Source of the DNA: Gemmatimonadales bacterium
GTDB taxonomy: Bacteria; Gemmatimonadota; Gemmatimonadetes; Longimicrobiales; Gaopeijiaceae
Assembly: GCA_050485885.1 (NCBI GenBank)
Contig: JBJHCG010000005.1
Location: forward strand, 81,635-145,634
Length of the DNA: 64,000 nucleotides
Reading direction: 5' to 3'
Shown: one piece after another, positions 18,937 through 27,781 of the stretch
Position numbering within the stretch: position 1 is the stretch's first letter
Layout of the letters: each line of letters begins with the position of its first letter
The notes under the pieces: generated by a model
What the model saw: only the letters and a program-made list of their open reading frames with translations
What the model was told of the DNA's origin: nothing
The model's database searches: none
Translations under genes and position numbers: made by a program

Positions 18937-18971
18937 GCAACGCCCTCTCCCCCCACCCGTCCGGAGGCCCC

Positions 18972-20024
18972 ATGCGCACTCTTCTCATCGCACTTCTCCT
19001 GGTGGGCGTTGTCCTCGTACCCACTTCGGTGGCCGACGCCTGCACCCGAATCGTCTACCATGGCCTCGACGGCCGGAACCTGACCGGTCGAAGCATGGAC
19101 TGGCGGGACGAGATCCTGAGCAACCTCTGGGTCCTCCCCCGGGGCATGGAGCGACACGGCGCCGCCGGTCCCCGCTCCCTCGAATGGACGTCGCGGTACG
19201 GGAGCCTCATCGTGACCGGATACGACATCTCCACCGTCGACGGAATGAACGAGGCGGGGCTCGTGGCGAATGTGCTCTGGCAAGTCGATGCCGACTACCC
19301 GGAAGACGACGGCGTCACCCCCCGCATCTCCCTTTCGGTCTGGGCCCAGTACTTTCTCGACTCCTTCGCCACGGTCGAGGAGGCCGTCGCGCACGTGCGC
19401 GAACACCCGCTCCATGTGGCCACCGGAGAGGTGCCCGGACGCCCGGGAAGCCTCACCAGCCTTCACCTCTCCCTCTCCGATGCCTCGGGAGACAGCGCGA
19501 TTCTGGAGTGGATCGAGGGTGAGCTTCGGATTCACCATGACCGGAGCTACCAGGTCATGACGAACGAGCCCCGGTTCGAGGAGCAGCTCGCGGTGACCCG
19601 GTACTGGGGTCGGGTGGATGGAAGCGCCTTCCTGCCCGGAACGAGCCGGGCCGAGGATCGCTTCGCCCGGGCGAGCTTCCTCGTGAATGCCGTGCCCCGG
19701 ACGGCCGATGCCCGGGAAGCGGCGGCAGCCGTCTTCAGTGTGATCCGGAATGTCTCCGCCCCGTGGGGCATCTCCATCGACGACCGTCCCAACCTTTCCA
19801 CCACCCGGTGGCGGGTCGTGGCCGACCACAAGGATCTCCGGTACTACTTCGAGTCCGCCTATTCCCCGAACGTCTTCTGGGTCGATGTGGGGGCGCTGGA
19901 CCTCTCTGCCTCGAGCGGCGTGAGGATGCTGGATCTGGGCCCCCAGCAGAGCAACATCTTCGGGGGGGAGGTCTCGGCGGCCTTCGTGCCGTCGGAACCC
20001 TTCGCCTTCGAGGAGGCGATGTAG
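18972..20024 (+). CDS. choloylglycine hydrolase / linear amide C-N hydrolase family (Ntn hydrolase, N-terminal Cys)
   Basis: The signal peptide is followed directly by Cys (SVADA|CTRIVYHG), the Ntn nucleophile position of the bile-salt / penicillin V acylase family. The rest of the protein is consistent with that family. The internal ATG at 18972 is preferred; the upstream extension overlaps the preceding gene and is low-complexity. Confidence 0.8.
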   Translation: MRTLLIALLLVGVVLVPTSVADACTRIVYHGLDGRNLTGRSMDWRDEILSNLWVLPRGMERHGAAGPRSLEWTSRYGSLIVTGYDISTVDGMNEAGLVANVLWQVDADYPEDDGVTPRISLSVWAQYFLDSFATVEEAVAHVREHPLHVATGEVPGRPGSLTSLHLSLSDASGDSAILEWIEGELRIHHDRSYQVMTNEPRFEEQLAVTRYWGRVDGSAFLPGTSRAEDRFARASFLVNAVPRTADAREAAAAVFSVIRNVSAPWGISIDDRPNLSTTRWRVVADHKDLRYYFESAYSPNVFWVDVGALDLSASSGVRMLDLGPQQSNIFGGEVSAAFVPSEPFAFEEAM

Positions 20025-20157
20025 GGAAGGAAGCAGGGCCCCTGCGAGGAGATGCCCGGGGCCCGGCACCCGTCCCGATGACCCCGAGGTCCGGCGCCCG
20101 GCCCGGGGACCCCGGTGGCCGGTGACGTCGGGGCCCGGTGCCCGGCCCGGCAGCCCC

Positions 20158-23100
20158 CTACACGAGGATCCGGATCCACCGCCCGATCCGGCGGCGAAGG
20201 CCGGAGTAGGGAGGGAAGAGCGCCTCCAGCTCCTCCAAGGTCGAGACCCACTCCGAGAGCCCGGCGAGCACGAGGAAGTCCGGCAGTCCGTGAAGGGCCG
20301 GCCACCCCGCCACCGCGAAGACGAGCTCCCCATCGGTGGTGGAGCTGCGGTAGTTCTGGTTGTGGGAGCCGGAGAGGTAGTAGAGGAGGACTCCCCGGGA
20401 GGCTTCCGGGTCCAGGGCGGCGAGCTGGGCCTCGGCCAGGGCGCGACCGGGTGGGATCACGGCCTGCGTGAGGGCATCGAAGGGGACGGCGCGTCGCTCG
20501 GCCAGCGCCAGGTTCTGCTCGGCAATGGTCTGGAAGTAGGCTGCGAAGAGGTCACCGGCCATGGGGCGGGAGAGGAGGCCGTCCCACGCCTCCCGCGACG
20601 CGATGAAGTGGGCCTTCAGGTGAAGCCGGGGGGTCCCGGCCCCGGGTCCGGTGAGGTAGGTCCGATCGAACCCCCCTTCGCGCAGCCGGTCGGCCTCGGC
20701 GCGAAGCCGCGGCATCGTCCCCGAGGGGAGGCCGAAGAGATTTGAGAGCCAGGGATTCCCTTCGAGGGTGTCGACGATCCGGTGCATGCGGGCCGGGGTG
20801 TCCCCCACATCCATCTCGGGGGCGTAGAGCCCCACCCGGAGAAAGCCACCCTCCCGGGCCAGGGGCTCCTCCAGAAGCTCCCCGGCCAGAACCAGCCGCC
20901 CCAGGAGTTCCTGCGCGCGTGACATCTGGGGAAACCCGTCGCTCGGTGCGTGGGAGAGCGCCGGGGCAATGAGAAGGACCCGACCTCCCCGAAGGGCGTG
21001 CCCCAGAAGCATGCTCCCCCAGAGGGGGTGGTTCCAGAGGGAGTCCGGCGCCTTCACCACCGCGCCCGAGGGAAGAAGGGTGTAGAGCACGGCCTTGAGG
21101 AAGTTGGCCGACTTCTCGCCATGGCCCACCTCGTTGTGGACGTCGAGGGCGCGGGCGCTCTCCGGGTTCCGGCGCCGAAAGGCCTCCACCTGCTCGGCGT
21201 AGTCGGGGGCAAGGGGGCGAGGGCGAAGCTCCCACGGGATCTGGTCGTCACGAAAGCCCTGCGAAAGGAGGAGGCGCCGGGCCTGGGTCTTCAGGTTGAG
21301 CGCCGCCGGCCCCCGGACCATGAGGGCCCGGTCCTCCCACCCGGCGCCGGCATAGTGGGCCCCGATCCCCATTCCGGTGTAGAGGGCCCGACCCCGGTAC
21401 GGGTCCTCTTCCGAGAGGTCGAAAAAGGCCACCTTCCGGTGGTCGCGGGCCACCATGTCGGGGAGGCCGATCCAGGGGAGGATCTCCCGGGCCCGGAAGG
21501 TGGCATCGGCGGGGTGGGTGATGTTCACATGGACCCGAACGAGGTTCTCGATCCATCCCCGGGGGGCATGGCGCGCCTGCGCCTGGAGGAGCCGTGACGA
21601 AGCCACCGCCTCCCGCAGCGCCTCCTGCGCCTGGCGGACCTCCCCCTCCATGGCCTCGAACCCCGGAGGAAGGCGGAGCTCGTGCCGGAGTGGATCGTGG
21701 AGGAGGTCGAGGAAGAGCCACCCCTGGTTGGCCTGGTAGAACCACTGGTCCAGAAGCACCAGATGCTGGGGGATCTTTCCGGTCTCGTCGTACCGGCGAA
21801 CCGCCGCGGTGAGGGCCCGGAGGTAGGTCTCCACCGTGTGGAAGTGGGCCACCGGATCGGGGTTCCCCGCCCCGTCCACCCCCCGGTAGTCATGAATCCA
21901 GAGCACGCTGTAGTCCCGGGCCGCGTGAACCATGCGCGAGAACTCGGCCTGGAACTGCTCGTTCTCGACGTAGAAGATCTCGTTTCCGGGGTGGAAGCGG
22001 GTCTCCAGCGCCCGTTCCAGGAGGGCATCCATTGCCTCCTGCCCTTCCACCTCGTCGGGGCGGAGGGCGAGCTGGAGGGGGAGGAAGACGAACCGGGGGT
22101 CCTCCCAATCCTCGAGGGATGCCACCCGCACCCCCTCCACCAGGTCGAGAATCCGGGCAAAGACCCAGGCTGCCGCCACGAGGCGCGCCTCCGGAACCGC
22201 CGACTCCACCGCCAGGCGCTCGTAGAAGTCCATGGAGGCCTGGGCCCCCAGCCCCAGGACCGAGTCGTCCGTCCGGCGACGCCCCACCAGGCGGTTGTAG
22301 GGGAGGAGCACATCGTCCAGAAGGATCTCCCGCGCCAGGTCCCAGGCCCGGACCCCGGCAGGAGAAGGCCCTGTCATGTCCGAACGCGAGGGGAAGACCC
22401 CGGCATCCGGGGCGGCGTGCGGAGAGGCGTCCGCGAGGGCATTCGGCGTGGCGCCTTCACGGGCATCCCTGGGTGGACCAGGGGGAGCATCGAGGGGCGC
22501 ATCGACGGGTGCATCGAGGGCGAGGGAGAAGGCCATGGCCATGGCCCGGTGCCAGGCCTCCACCGGGTCGGGGCGCGCCATTTCGTGCCGGAGCGCCTCC
22601 ATTTCGCCGGCGAACCGTGCCAGCGCCCGGTCCGGGTCCCGGTGCCACGCATCCACGAAGGGAACCGTCCTTCGGCGAATGGCGTGGGCCTCCTCGCCGG
22701 CCACGTCCAGCTGTGCCGCCACCCCGGGCGGTGCATCAAAGGGGATGCGAGGCCGCTGGCGGGGCAGCGCCGGGAGCGAGGCACGGTCCCGGAGCGGACG
22801 ACCGCGCCCGGCGAGAGGCTGACCCACCGGGAAGCTGAGCCCGATGGAAGTGGAGTGATTCCGCCCGGGAATCCAGCTCGCCCGAAGGTGCCCCCCAGGC
22901 ACGGGGAAGCCCGATCGACGAAGGGGGTGAATGAGGGCCAGGTAGAGGTCGGCGGAGCCATCGATCAGATTTCCGTCGACCCCCACCGCGAGACGGGCCA
23001 CCGGACTCGCCACCCCGACCCCCACCCCGGCATCCCACCCCTCGCGGAAGCGTTCGAAATCGCCCCGACGCCCCCCGTAGCTGTAGACCTCCACCCCCAG

Positions 23101-23397
23101 TGCCCCGAGGGCCGGGTTCACCAGGTCCCGGTAGAAGCCGGCCCCCAGGTGGCCCAGTGCCTGCCCGCCGTCGGCTCGATCGGCCCCCACGGCGACCCCG
23201 GCCCACCACCGCATGGTGGGCGGTGAACCCATGGAGGGGGTGAGTCCACCCCGATTCGGGGGAACGGCCTCGTTCTCCTGGGCCTGGGCAGGAGAACACA
23301 GGAATGTCAGGGCAAGGAGGGAGAGAGGGAGAGGGAGAAGGCCCCGGACCCCCCTCCCCTCCCGGGGCCGCACCCCCGTCCTTCCCCCCCGTTGCAT
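20158..23397 (-). CDS. large uncharacterized secreted protein (1079 aa)
   Basis: A signal peptide (LLPLPLSLLALTFLCSPAQAQE) is present. The ORF is long, uninterrupted and non-low-complexity. I recognize no confident family motifs. The start codon lies 4 nt after the stop of the upstream NlpE/META lipoprotein gene. Confidence 0.7.
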   Translation of the reverse strand: MQRGGRTGVRPREGRGVRGLLPLPLSLLALTFLCSPAQAQENEAVPPNRGGLTPSMGSPPTMRWWAGVAVGADRADGGQALGHLGAGFYRDLVNPALGALGVEVYSYGGRRGDFERFREGWDAGVGVGVASPVARLAVGVDGNLIDGSADLYLALIHPLRRSGFPVPGGHLRASWIPGRNHSTSIGLSFPVGQPLAGRGRPLRDRASLPALPRQRPRIPFDAPPGVAAQLDVAGEEAHAIRRRTVPFVDAWHRDPDRALARFAGEMEALRHEMARPDPVEAWHRAMAMAFSLALDAPVDAPLDAPPGPPRDAREGATPNALADASPHAAPDAGVFPSRSDMTGPSPAGVRAWDLAREILLDDVLLPYNRLVGRRRTDDSVLGLGAQASMDFYERLAVESAVPEARLVAAAWVFARILDLVEGVRVASLEDWEDPRFVFLPLQLALRPDEVEGQEAMDALLERALETRFHPGNEIFYVENEQFQAEFSRMVHAARDYSVLWIHDYRGVDGAGNPDPVAHFHTVETYLRALTAAVRRYDETGKIPQHLVLLDQWFYQANQGWLFLDLLHDPLRHELRLPPGFEAMEGEVRQAQEALREAVASSRLLQAQARHAPRGWIENLVRVHVNITHPADATFRAREILPWIGLPDMVARDHRKVAFFDLSEEDPYRGRALYTGMGIGAHYAGAGWEDRALMVRGPAALNLKTQARRLLLSQGFRDDQIPWELRPRPLAPDYAEQVEAFRRRNPESARALDVHNEVGHGEKSANFLKAVLYTLLPSGAVVKAPDSLWNHPLWGSMLLGHALRGGRVLLIAPALSHAPSDGFPQMSRAQELLGRLVLAGELLEEPLAREGGFLRVGLYAPEMDVGDTPARMHRIVDTLEGNPWLSNLFGLPSGTMPRLRAEADRLREGGFDRTYLTGPGAGTPRLHLKAHFIASREAWDGLLSRPMAGDLFAAYFQTIAEQNLALAERRAVPFDALTQAVIPPGRALAEAQLAALDPEASRGVLLYYLSGSHNQNYRSSTTDGELVFAVAGWPALHGLPDFLVLAGLSEWVSTLEELEALFPPYSGLRRRIGRWIRILV

Positions 23398-23401
23398 CGT
23401 G

Positions 23402-24682
23402 CTACTCCCGCTCGAAGCGAGCCCGCTCCCGGGGCCCCTGGAAGAGGCGGAGGGTCCCGTCGTCGATCCGGAGACTTCCCCCTTCGGCGAGGATCCCCGT
23501 GTACGCCTGCTCCAGCTCCATGGCACCCTCGCAGTACCGCATGGTCGAGGCCAGGGCCCCCGTGGCCACGAGCTGCGACCCCCGGAGCACACCCGGGCCG
23601 GTAAAGCGGTTGCACCCCCCGGTTCCGGCCAGACGCCCGTCCTCGGCCGACCACTCCAGGGTGGGGCGATCCCAGCGCGGCGGCTCCTGGGCCTCCTCGC
23701 CGGCCCCTTCGGCGGAAGGATCCCCGGGCGGTGACGTATCCTCCACCGGCTCGCCGTCGAGGGCCACGAGCCGCCAGGTCACCCCGTCGAGGGCCTGGGC
23801 GACCTCCGCGCCGGGGCACCCCCGGGGCGGGGTCCCGGGCTCGAAGGCCTCCACCACGAAGCTTCGCTCCGTGCCATCGCCCTCCATGGCAGGCCTGGCC
23901 TCCACCGAACCGTGGAGGCGAACGGGCCAGGGTGCGCCGGGCTCGACCTCACCCGGGCCCGAACGGTCCAGGTAGGCGCGCTCAAGCGCGAGGTATCCTC
24001 CCTCCATGGCCACCGGGAGCTGGACGCCACTGGAACAGGGAACGAAGAGGGCCGCATCGGCCATGTACCGGAAGTGCCCCCAGGTGTGGATCCTTCCGTC
24101 CAGAGACGGCGGGCTGGAGAGGCGGGCAAGCTCGAGGTTCTGCTCGGTCTCGATTTCGTCGCCCGCAGTGTCGAGCGCGCGAAGCGCACCGCCCGAGGCC
24201 ACCCGGAAGTACCGCGGACCATCGGGGCCGCCATCGACCCGGATCCGTCGGTCGTCGGCCTCGAGCGTCCACCGCCCGAAGGTGCCCATCAGGGTGTCGC
24301 CCTCGGCGGCGCGCGAGGCAGGCAGTCCGCGGTAGGCCTCGTCCTTCCGGAAGGTCCCGTCGGGGTCGAGAAGAAGGGTGGTCAGGATCCCCTCGCAGTC
24401 TGCGCAGGGGAGTTCCCCCTGCCACGCGGTGGGGGACGAGGGAAGGGAGAAGGGCTCCCAGTCGGCCGGGTCGGCCTGGGTCGCTCGGGGCGAGGCAGGC
24501 GCCTCTGTTTCGTCCCCCGTCCCGTCCGGGGCACACCCCGCCAGAAAGAGGGCCAGAAGCGCGGCGGGAAGAACCGCCCTGGGGAGGGCTGCGGGGGAGG
24601 GGGACGCGGACGGGCCGGGCGCGGTGGAAGGGGCGACGACCAGCCCGGTGGCGGCAGCGCGGGACCGGGAAGAGGGGCGCAT
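23402..24682 (-). CDS. lipoprotein with NlpE N-terminal-like CxxC domain and META (DUF306) domain
   Basis: The lipobox is LFLAGCAP. ELPCADCEGILTTLLLDPDGTF resembles the NlpE N-domain. In the C-terminal half, WRLVALDG...GTGGCNRFTG resembles a META domain. Confidence 0.7.
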   Translation of the reverse strand: MRPSSRSRAAATGLVVAPSTAPGPSASPSPAALPRAVLPAALLALFLAGCAPDGTGDETEAPASPRATQADPADWEPFSLPSSPTAWQGELPCADCEGILTTLLLDPDGTFRKDEAYRGLPASRAAEGDTLMGTFGRWTLEADDRRIRVDGGPDGPRYFRVASGGALRALDTAGDEIETEQNLELARLSSPPSLDGRIHTWGHFRYMADAALFVPCSSGVQLPVAMEGGYLALERAYLDRSGPGEVEPGAPWPVRLHGSVEARPAMEGDGTERSFVVEAFEPGTPPRGCPGAEVAQALDGVTWRLVALDGEPVEDTSPPGDPSAEGAGEEAQEPPRWDRPTLEWSAEDGRLAGTGGCNRFTGPGVLRGSQLVATGALASTMRYCEGAMELEQAYTGILAEGGSLRIDDGTLRLFQGPRERARFERE

Positions 24683-24777
24683 GAAGACCTCCAGGGCGAG
24701 GGGGATGCGGGGCGCTTCGAGCCTGGAACCCGCCCGATTACTCCGCTTCTTGCGCTCGGGTTCCGTCGGCCTGACGG

Positions 24778-27030
24778 CTACGCCCGATCCACCAGGACCT
24801 CGGAGAACTCCAGCGTCCCGTCGGCCAGGACGAAGGCGGTGGGGGGGAGGCCGGCGGACATTTCCTGCAATCGGTCGTAGTACGCCCGGAAGTCGTCTCC
24901 ATCGGGCGCCGCCATCCCGAGGAAGACGATGTGGGCATCGCGGGAGGCCTCCCGGAGCACCTCGGGGAAGGGACGATCACCCGCCTCGATCACGTCGAGG
25001 GAGACGGCGCCGATGCGGAGTCCCGCCAGGACCTCGGCCAGATCGCGCCGGGCCTCTTCCGCGGCCTCCGGGGTGCGCACCGCCAGTTTGAGCCGCACCT
25101 CCGCATCCTCCCACTCCACATTCGTGCGAAGGAGGTAGGCCAGGAGGAGCATGAGCCCGCCATTGGCCTGAAGCCCGCCCCACCACACGTCGATCGTCCT
25201 TCGCTCCCGAAAGCCCAGGTGGTCCGGATCGCGGATCACGATCACGTTCCGCTTCTTCCGGTGGAAGGTCTCGATCATCTGGCAGTAGCGGTCGCGCCGG
25301 TCCACATGCTCGCTGGCTCCCAGGATCACCGTGTTCGGGACAAGGCGCCCGAAGCCGTAGACCTCCACCAGGCGCCGGGCCCCGGTGAAGGGATCGGGGG
25401 CCGTGACCAGGCGGACGAAGGCCTCCACCCCCCGACTCTCGAGATACGCCTCGATCTCGGCCTCCACCTCCGCCTGCTGCCCACTCTCCACCGCATCTTC
25501 CGGAAGGACGCTCGCCACCGTCACGAGCCCCCGGTTGTGGGTGATGGCGTTGGCAAAGTCGATGAGGGGCCACCGCTGGGTGGGTTCGCCCGAGAGGACG
25601 AGGGGGTGCGGCCGCCAGTTCCGGGCATCTCCCCGGTCTCCCACGCGAAGGAGCCCCATCCGGACGAGGGCCATCCACATGCCGTTCCGCACATCGCCCC
25701 AGGCCCCGGCGAGCCCGCGCCGCTGAAGCCACACGAAGACCCCGATGACCACGGCCAGGGCCGCGATCGTGGCCACGGCATTGATGAGGAACATGATGAG
25801 GAGACACGCCAGCGCCCCCGCCATGGGGAGGAACCAGGGAATGCGAAAGGCCGGCCGGAAGGAGGGGCTCTGGAGGAAGCCCTCCACCCCGGCGGCGAAG
25901 TTCACCGTCATGTAGGAGGCGAGGAAGAACATGGTGAGAATGGGCGCCACGATGTTCAGGTCGCCCAGCGCAATGGCCACCAGGGCGATCCCCAGGGTGA
26001 CCACCGTCCCCAGCCGCGGCGCGTCGTCCTCCCCGCTCCCGCGCCCCAGGGCCCGGAGGGGACCGGGAAGGACGCCGTCCCGGGCCATGGCCTGGAGGAC
26101 CCGGGGTGCGCCGAGAATGCTCCCCATGGCGCTGGAGAGGGTGGCGCCCATGGCCCCCAGGAGGATGAGGGGGCCCCACGCCGCCATGCGGCGCATGATG
26201 AAGGGGTCCTCCACGAGGGTGGCGCTGTCGGCCCACATGCTGAAGAAGAAGGGCATGCTGATGTAGACGAGAAACCCCACCGCCAGCGCCGCCAGCGTCC
26301 CCCGGGGAATGGAGCGCGACGGGTCCTTCAGATCGCCCGACATGTTCACGCCGGCCTCGATCCCCGTGACCGCCGGAAAGAAGACGGCAAAGGCCACCCA
26401 GAACCCCACCGTCATGGCCGCCGGGGCCGATCCGGTCAGGTCGAGGGAGGTCTCCTCCACCGGCCCTCCCAGGAAGAAGGAGAGGAGGGAAAGCCCGATC
26501 ACGGCCATGACGATGTACTGGGAGCGAATGGCCAGGCTGGCGGACCGGATGGCCAGCGCCGCCACGGCAATCGCGGTGACGACCCCCACGATCCGCTGGT
26601 TCACCCCCGGAAACATGTCGCCGATGATCTCGGCAAACCCGATCACGTAGAGCGCCATGGAGAGCGCCAGTGCGAAGTAGAGGGGGAGGCCCACCGCGCC
26701 CCCCGTTTCCAGCCCCAGCGACCGGCTGATCATGAAGTACGCCCCCCCGGCCCGCACCCGCCGGTCGGTGGCGATGGACGCCATGGAGAGGGCCGTCACC
26801 AGGGTGACGCTCGTGCACATGACCACAATGAGCAGGGTGGACACGAGCCCCACATTCCCCACCACCCACCCGAACCTCAGGTACATGATCACCCCGAGGA
26901 TCGTGAGGATCGACGGGGTGAAGACGCCTCCGAAGGTACCGAGTCCGGCCCCCCGCGCTTCGGTGGGCTCACCCTCTTTCAGGGTACCGTTCGGGGGGGA
27001 GGGCGGGGTCTGGAGGGGTGGTGTGGTCAT
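24778..27030 (-). CDS. cation-chloride cotransporter-like / APC-superfamily amino acid permease (SLC12-like) with cytoplasmic C-terminal domain
   Basis: About 12 TM helices follow an N-terminus with ILGVIMYLRFGWVVG and YFMISRSLG, which are SLC12 / amino-acid-permease signatures. A soluble C-terminal domain of about 280 aa follows. Confidence 0.8.
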   Translation of the reverse strand: MTTPPLQTPPSPPNGTLKEGEPTEARGAGLGTFGGVFTPSILTILGVIMYLRFGWVVGNVGLVSTLLIVVMCTSVTLVTALSMASIATDRRVRAGGAYFMISRSLGLETGGAVGLPLYFALALSMALYVIGFAEIIGDMFPGVNQRIVGVVTAIAVAALAIRSASLAIRSQYIVMAVIGLSLLSFFLGGPVEETSLDLTGSAPAAMTVGFWVAFAVFFPAVTGIEAGVNMSGDLKDPSRSIPRGTLAALAVGFLVYISMPFFFSMWADSATLVEDPFIMRRMAAWGPLILLGAMGATLSSAMGSILGAPRVLQAMARDGVLPGPLRALGRGSGEDDAPRLGTVVTLGIALVAIALGDLNIVAPILTMFFLASYMTVNFAAGVEGFLQSPSFRPAFRIPWFLPMAGALACLLIMFLINAVATIAALAVVIGVFVWLQRRGLAGAWGDVRNGMWMALVRMGLLRVGDRGDARNWRPHPLVLSGEPTQRWPLIDFANAITHNRGLVTVASVLPEDAVESGQQAEVEAEIEAYLESRGVEAFVRLVTAPDPFTGARRLVEVYGFGRLVPNTVILGASEHVDRRDRYCQMIETFHRKKRNVIVIRDPDHLGFRERRTIDVWWGGLQANGGLMLLLAYLLRTNVEWEDAEVRLKLAVRTPEAAEEARRDLAEVLAGLRIGAVSLDVIEAGDRPFPEVLREASRDAHIVFLGMAAPDGDDFRAYYDRLQEMSAGLPPTAFVLADGTLEFSEVLVDRA

Positions 27031-27054
27031 GGGATTCCGGTCAGGGGATCCGGG

Positions 27055-27498
27055 TCATCGGGGTCCGGTTGTGGGATCCGGATCATGGGGTTCCGGCACG
27101 AGGGTGTCGAGCGCGGTCGGAAGCTCTCCTTCCGTTCGGAGGAGGACGACCCCGATCCCCACGAGCGCCAGGTTCAGGACCCCGATCCATCGGGCAAACC
27201 CGGGCATGAAGAGGAGAAAGAGGCCGATGGGGACAAAGGACAGCCCCCCGGCAAGGACGAGGAGCATCCCCTCGTCCCGGAGGGCGGCCACGACGGCCCA
27301 GAGGGCGAGGCTCAGAAAGAGCACGGGGAGCATGATCACCGCAGGCGCCGGCTGACTCCCGGCAGCGGCGAAGAGGGTGTGGATCAGCGCCGCCCAGAGA
27401 GGGAGGAGGGCCAGTGCCAGGAGGGCGGCGCCCCAGCGGAGGAGACGCCGCCCCCGTCGTGGGGCGGCGCCGGCGGGCGGAAGGGTGAAGGCGGACAT
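27055..27498 (-). CDS. hypothetical small integral membrane protein (4 TM)
   Basis: The 147-aa hydrophobic protein lies 25 nt upstream of the transporter gene on the same strand. Confidence 0.45.
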   Translation of the reverse strand: MSAFTLPPAGAAPRRGRRLLRWGAALLALALLPLWAALIHTLFAAAGSQPAPAVIMLPVLFLSLALWAVVAALRDEGMLLVLAGGLSFVPIGLFLLFMPGFARWIGVLNLALVGIGVVLLRTEGELPTALDTLVPEPHDPDPTTGPR

Positions 27499-27781
27499 GG
27501 ACGGTGCTACCCGGGGTGGGGAAAGGGTTCCCCGGGGATCCGGAGAGCGGTTTCGGGCGGGCAGCTGCCCCGCACCTTCCCCCCTGGCGGCCGGCCCCCG
27601 GTCACAGCACGGTCACGGTAGCGTCACGATGCGCGGGGTGCTTCTTCCGGGGTCCTTGTCCTCCCCCCTGCTTCCGAGCAGGATCCAGTCACGATCCAGA
27701 GGGGAGGCACCGGGCAGGTTCGTCCTGATGCCCCCCTTCCCTCTCCCGTCCCTTCCCCCGCCCTGGCCCCCGCCCATGCCC

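Noticed and set aside
18861-20333. 490-aa minus ORF antisense to the choloylglycine hydrolase gene
   Set aside because: It is antisense to an Ntn hydrolase with a clear signal-peptide-Cys junction, and its translation is low-complexity.
21682-23226. 514-aa plus-strand ORF antisense to the 1079-aa secreted protein, and several 200-270-aa alternates at 21525..22313, 22032..22838 and 22374..22961
   Set aside because: The translations are extremely Pro/Gly/Arg/His-rich. The minus-strand frame is the only one with signal peptide and coherent composition. The 1079-aa assignment itself remains only moderately confident.
24931-27621. 896-aa plus ORF and 630-aa minus alternate frame over the SLC12-like transporter
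   Set aside because: The transporter frame shows about 12 TM helices and family motifs. The alternates are His/Gly/Arg/Pro-rich artifacts.
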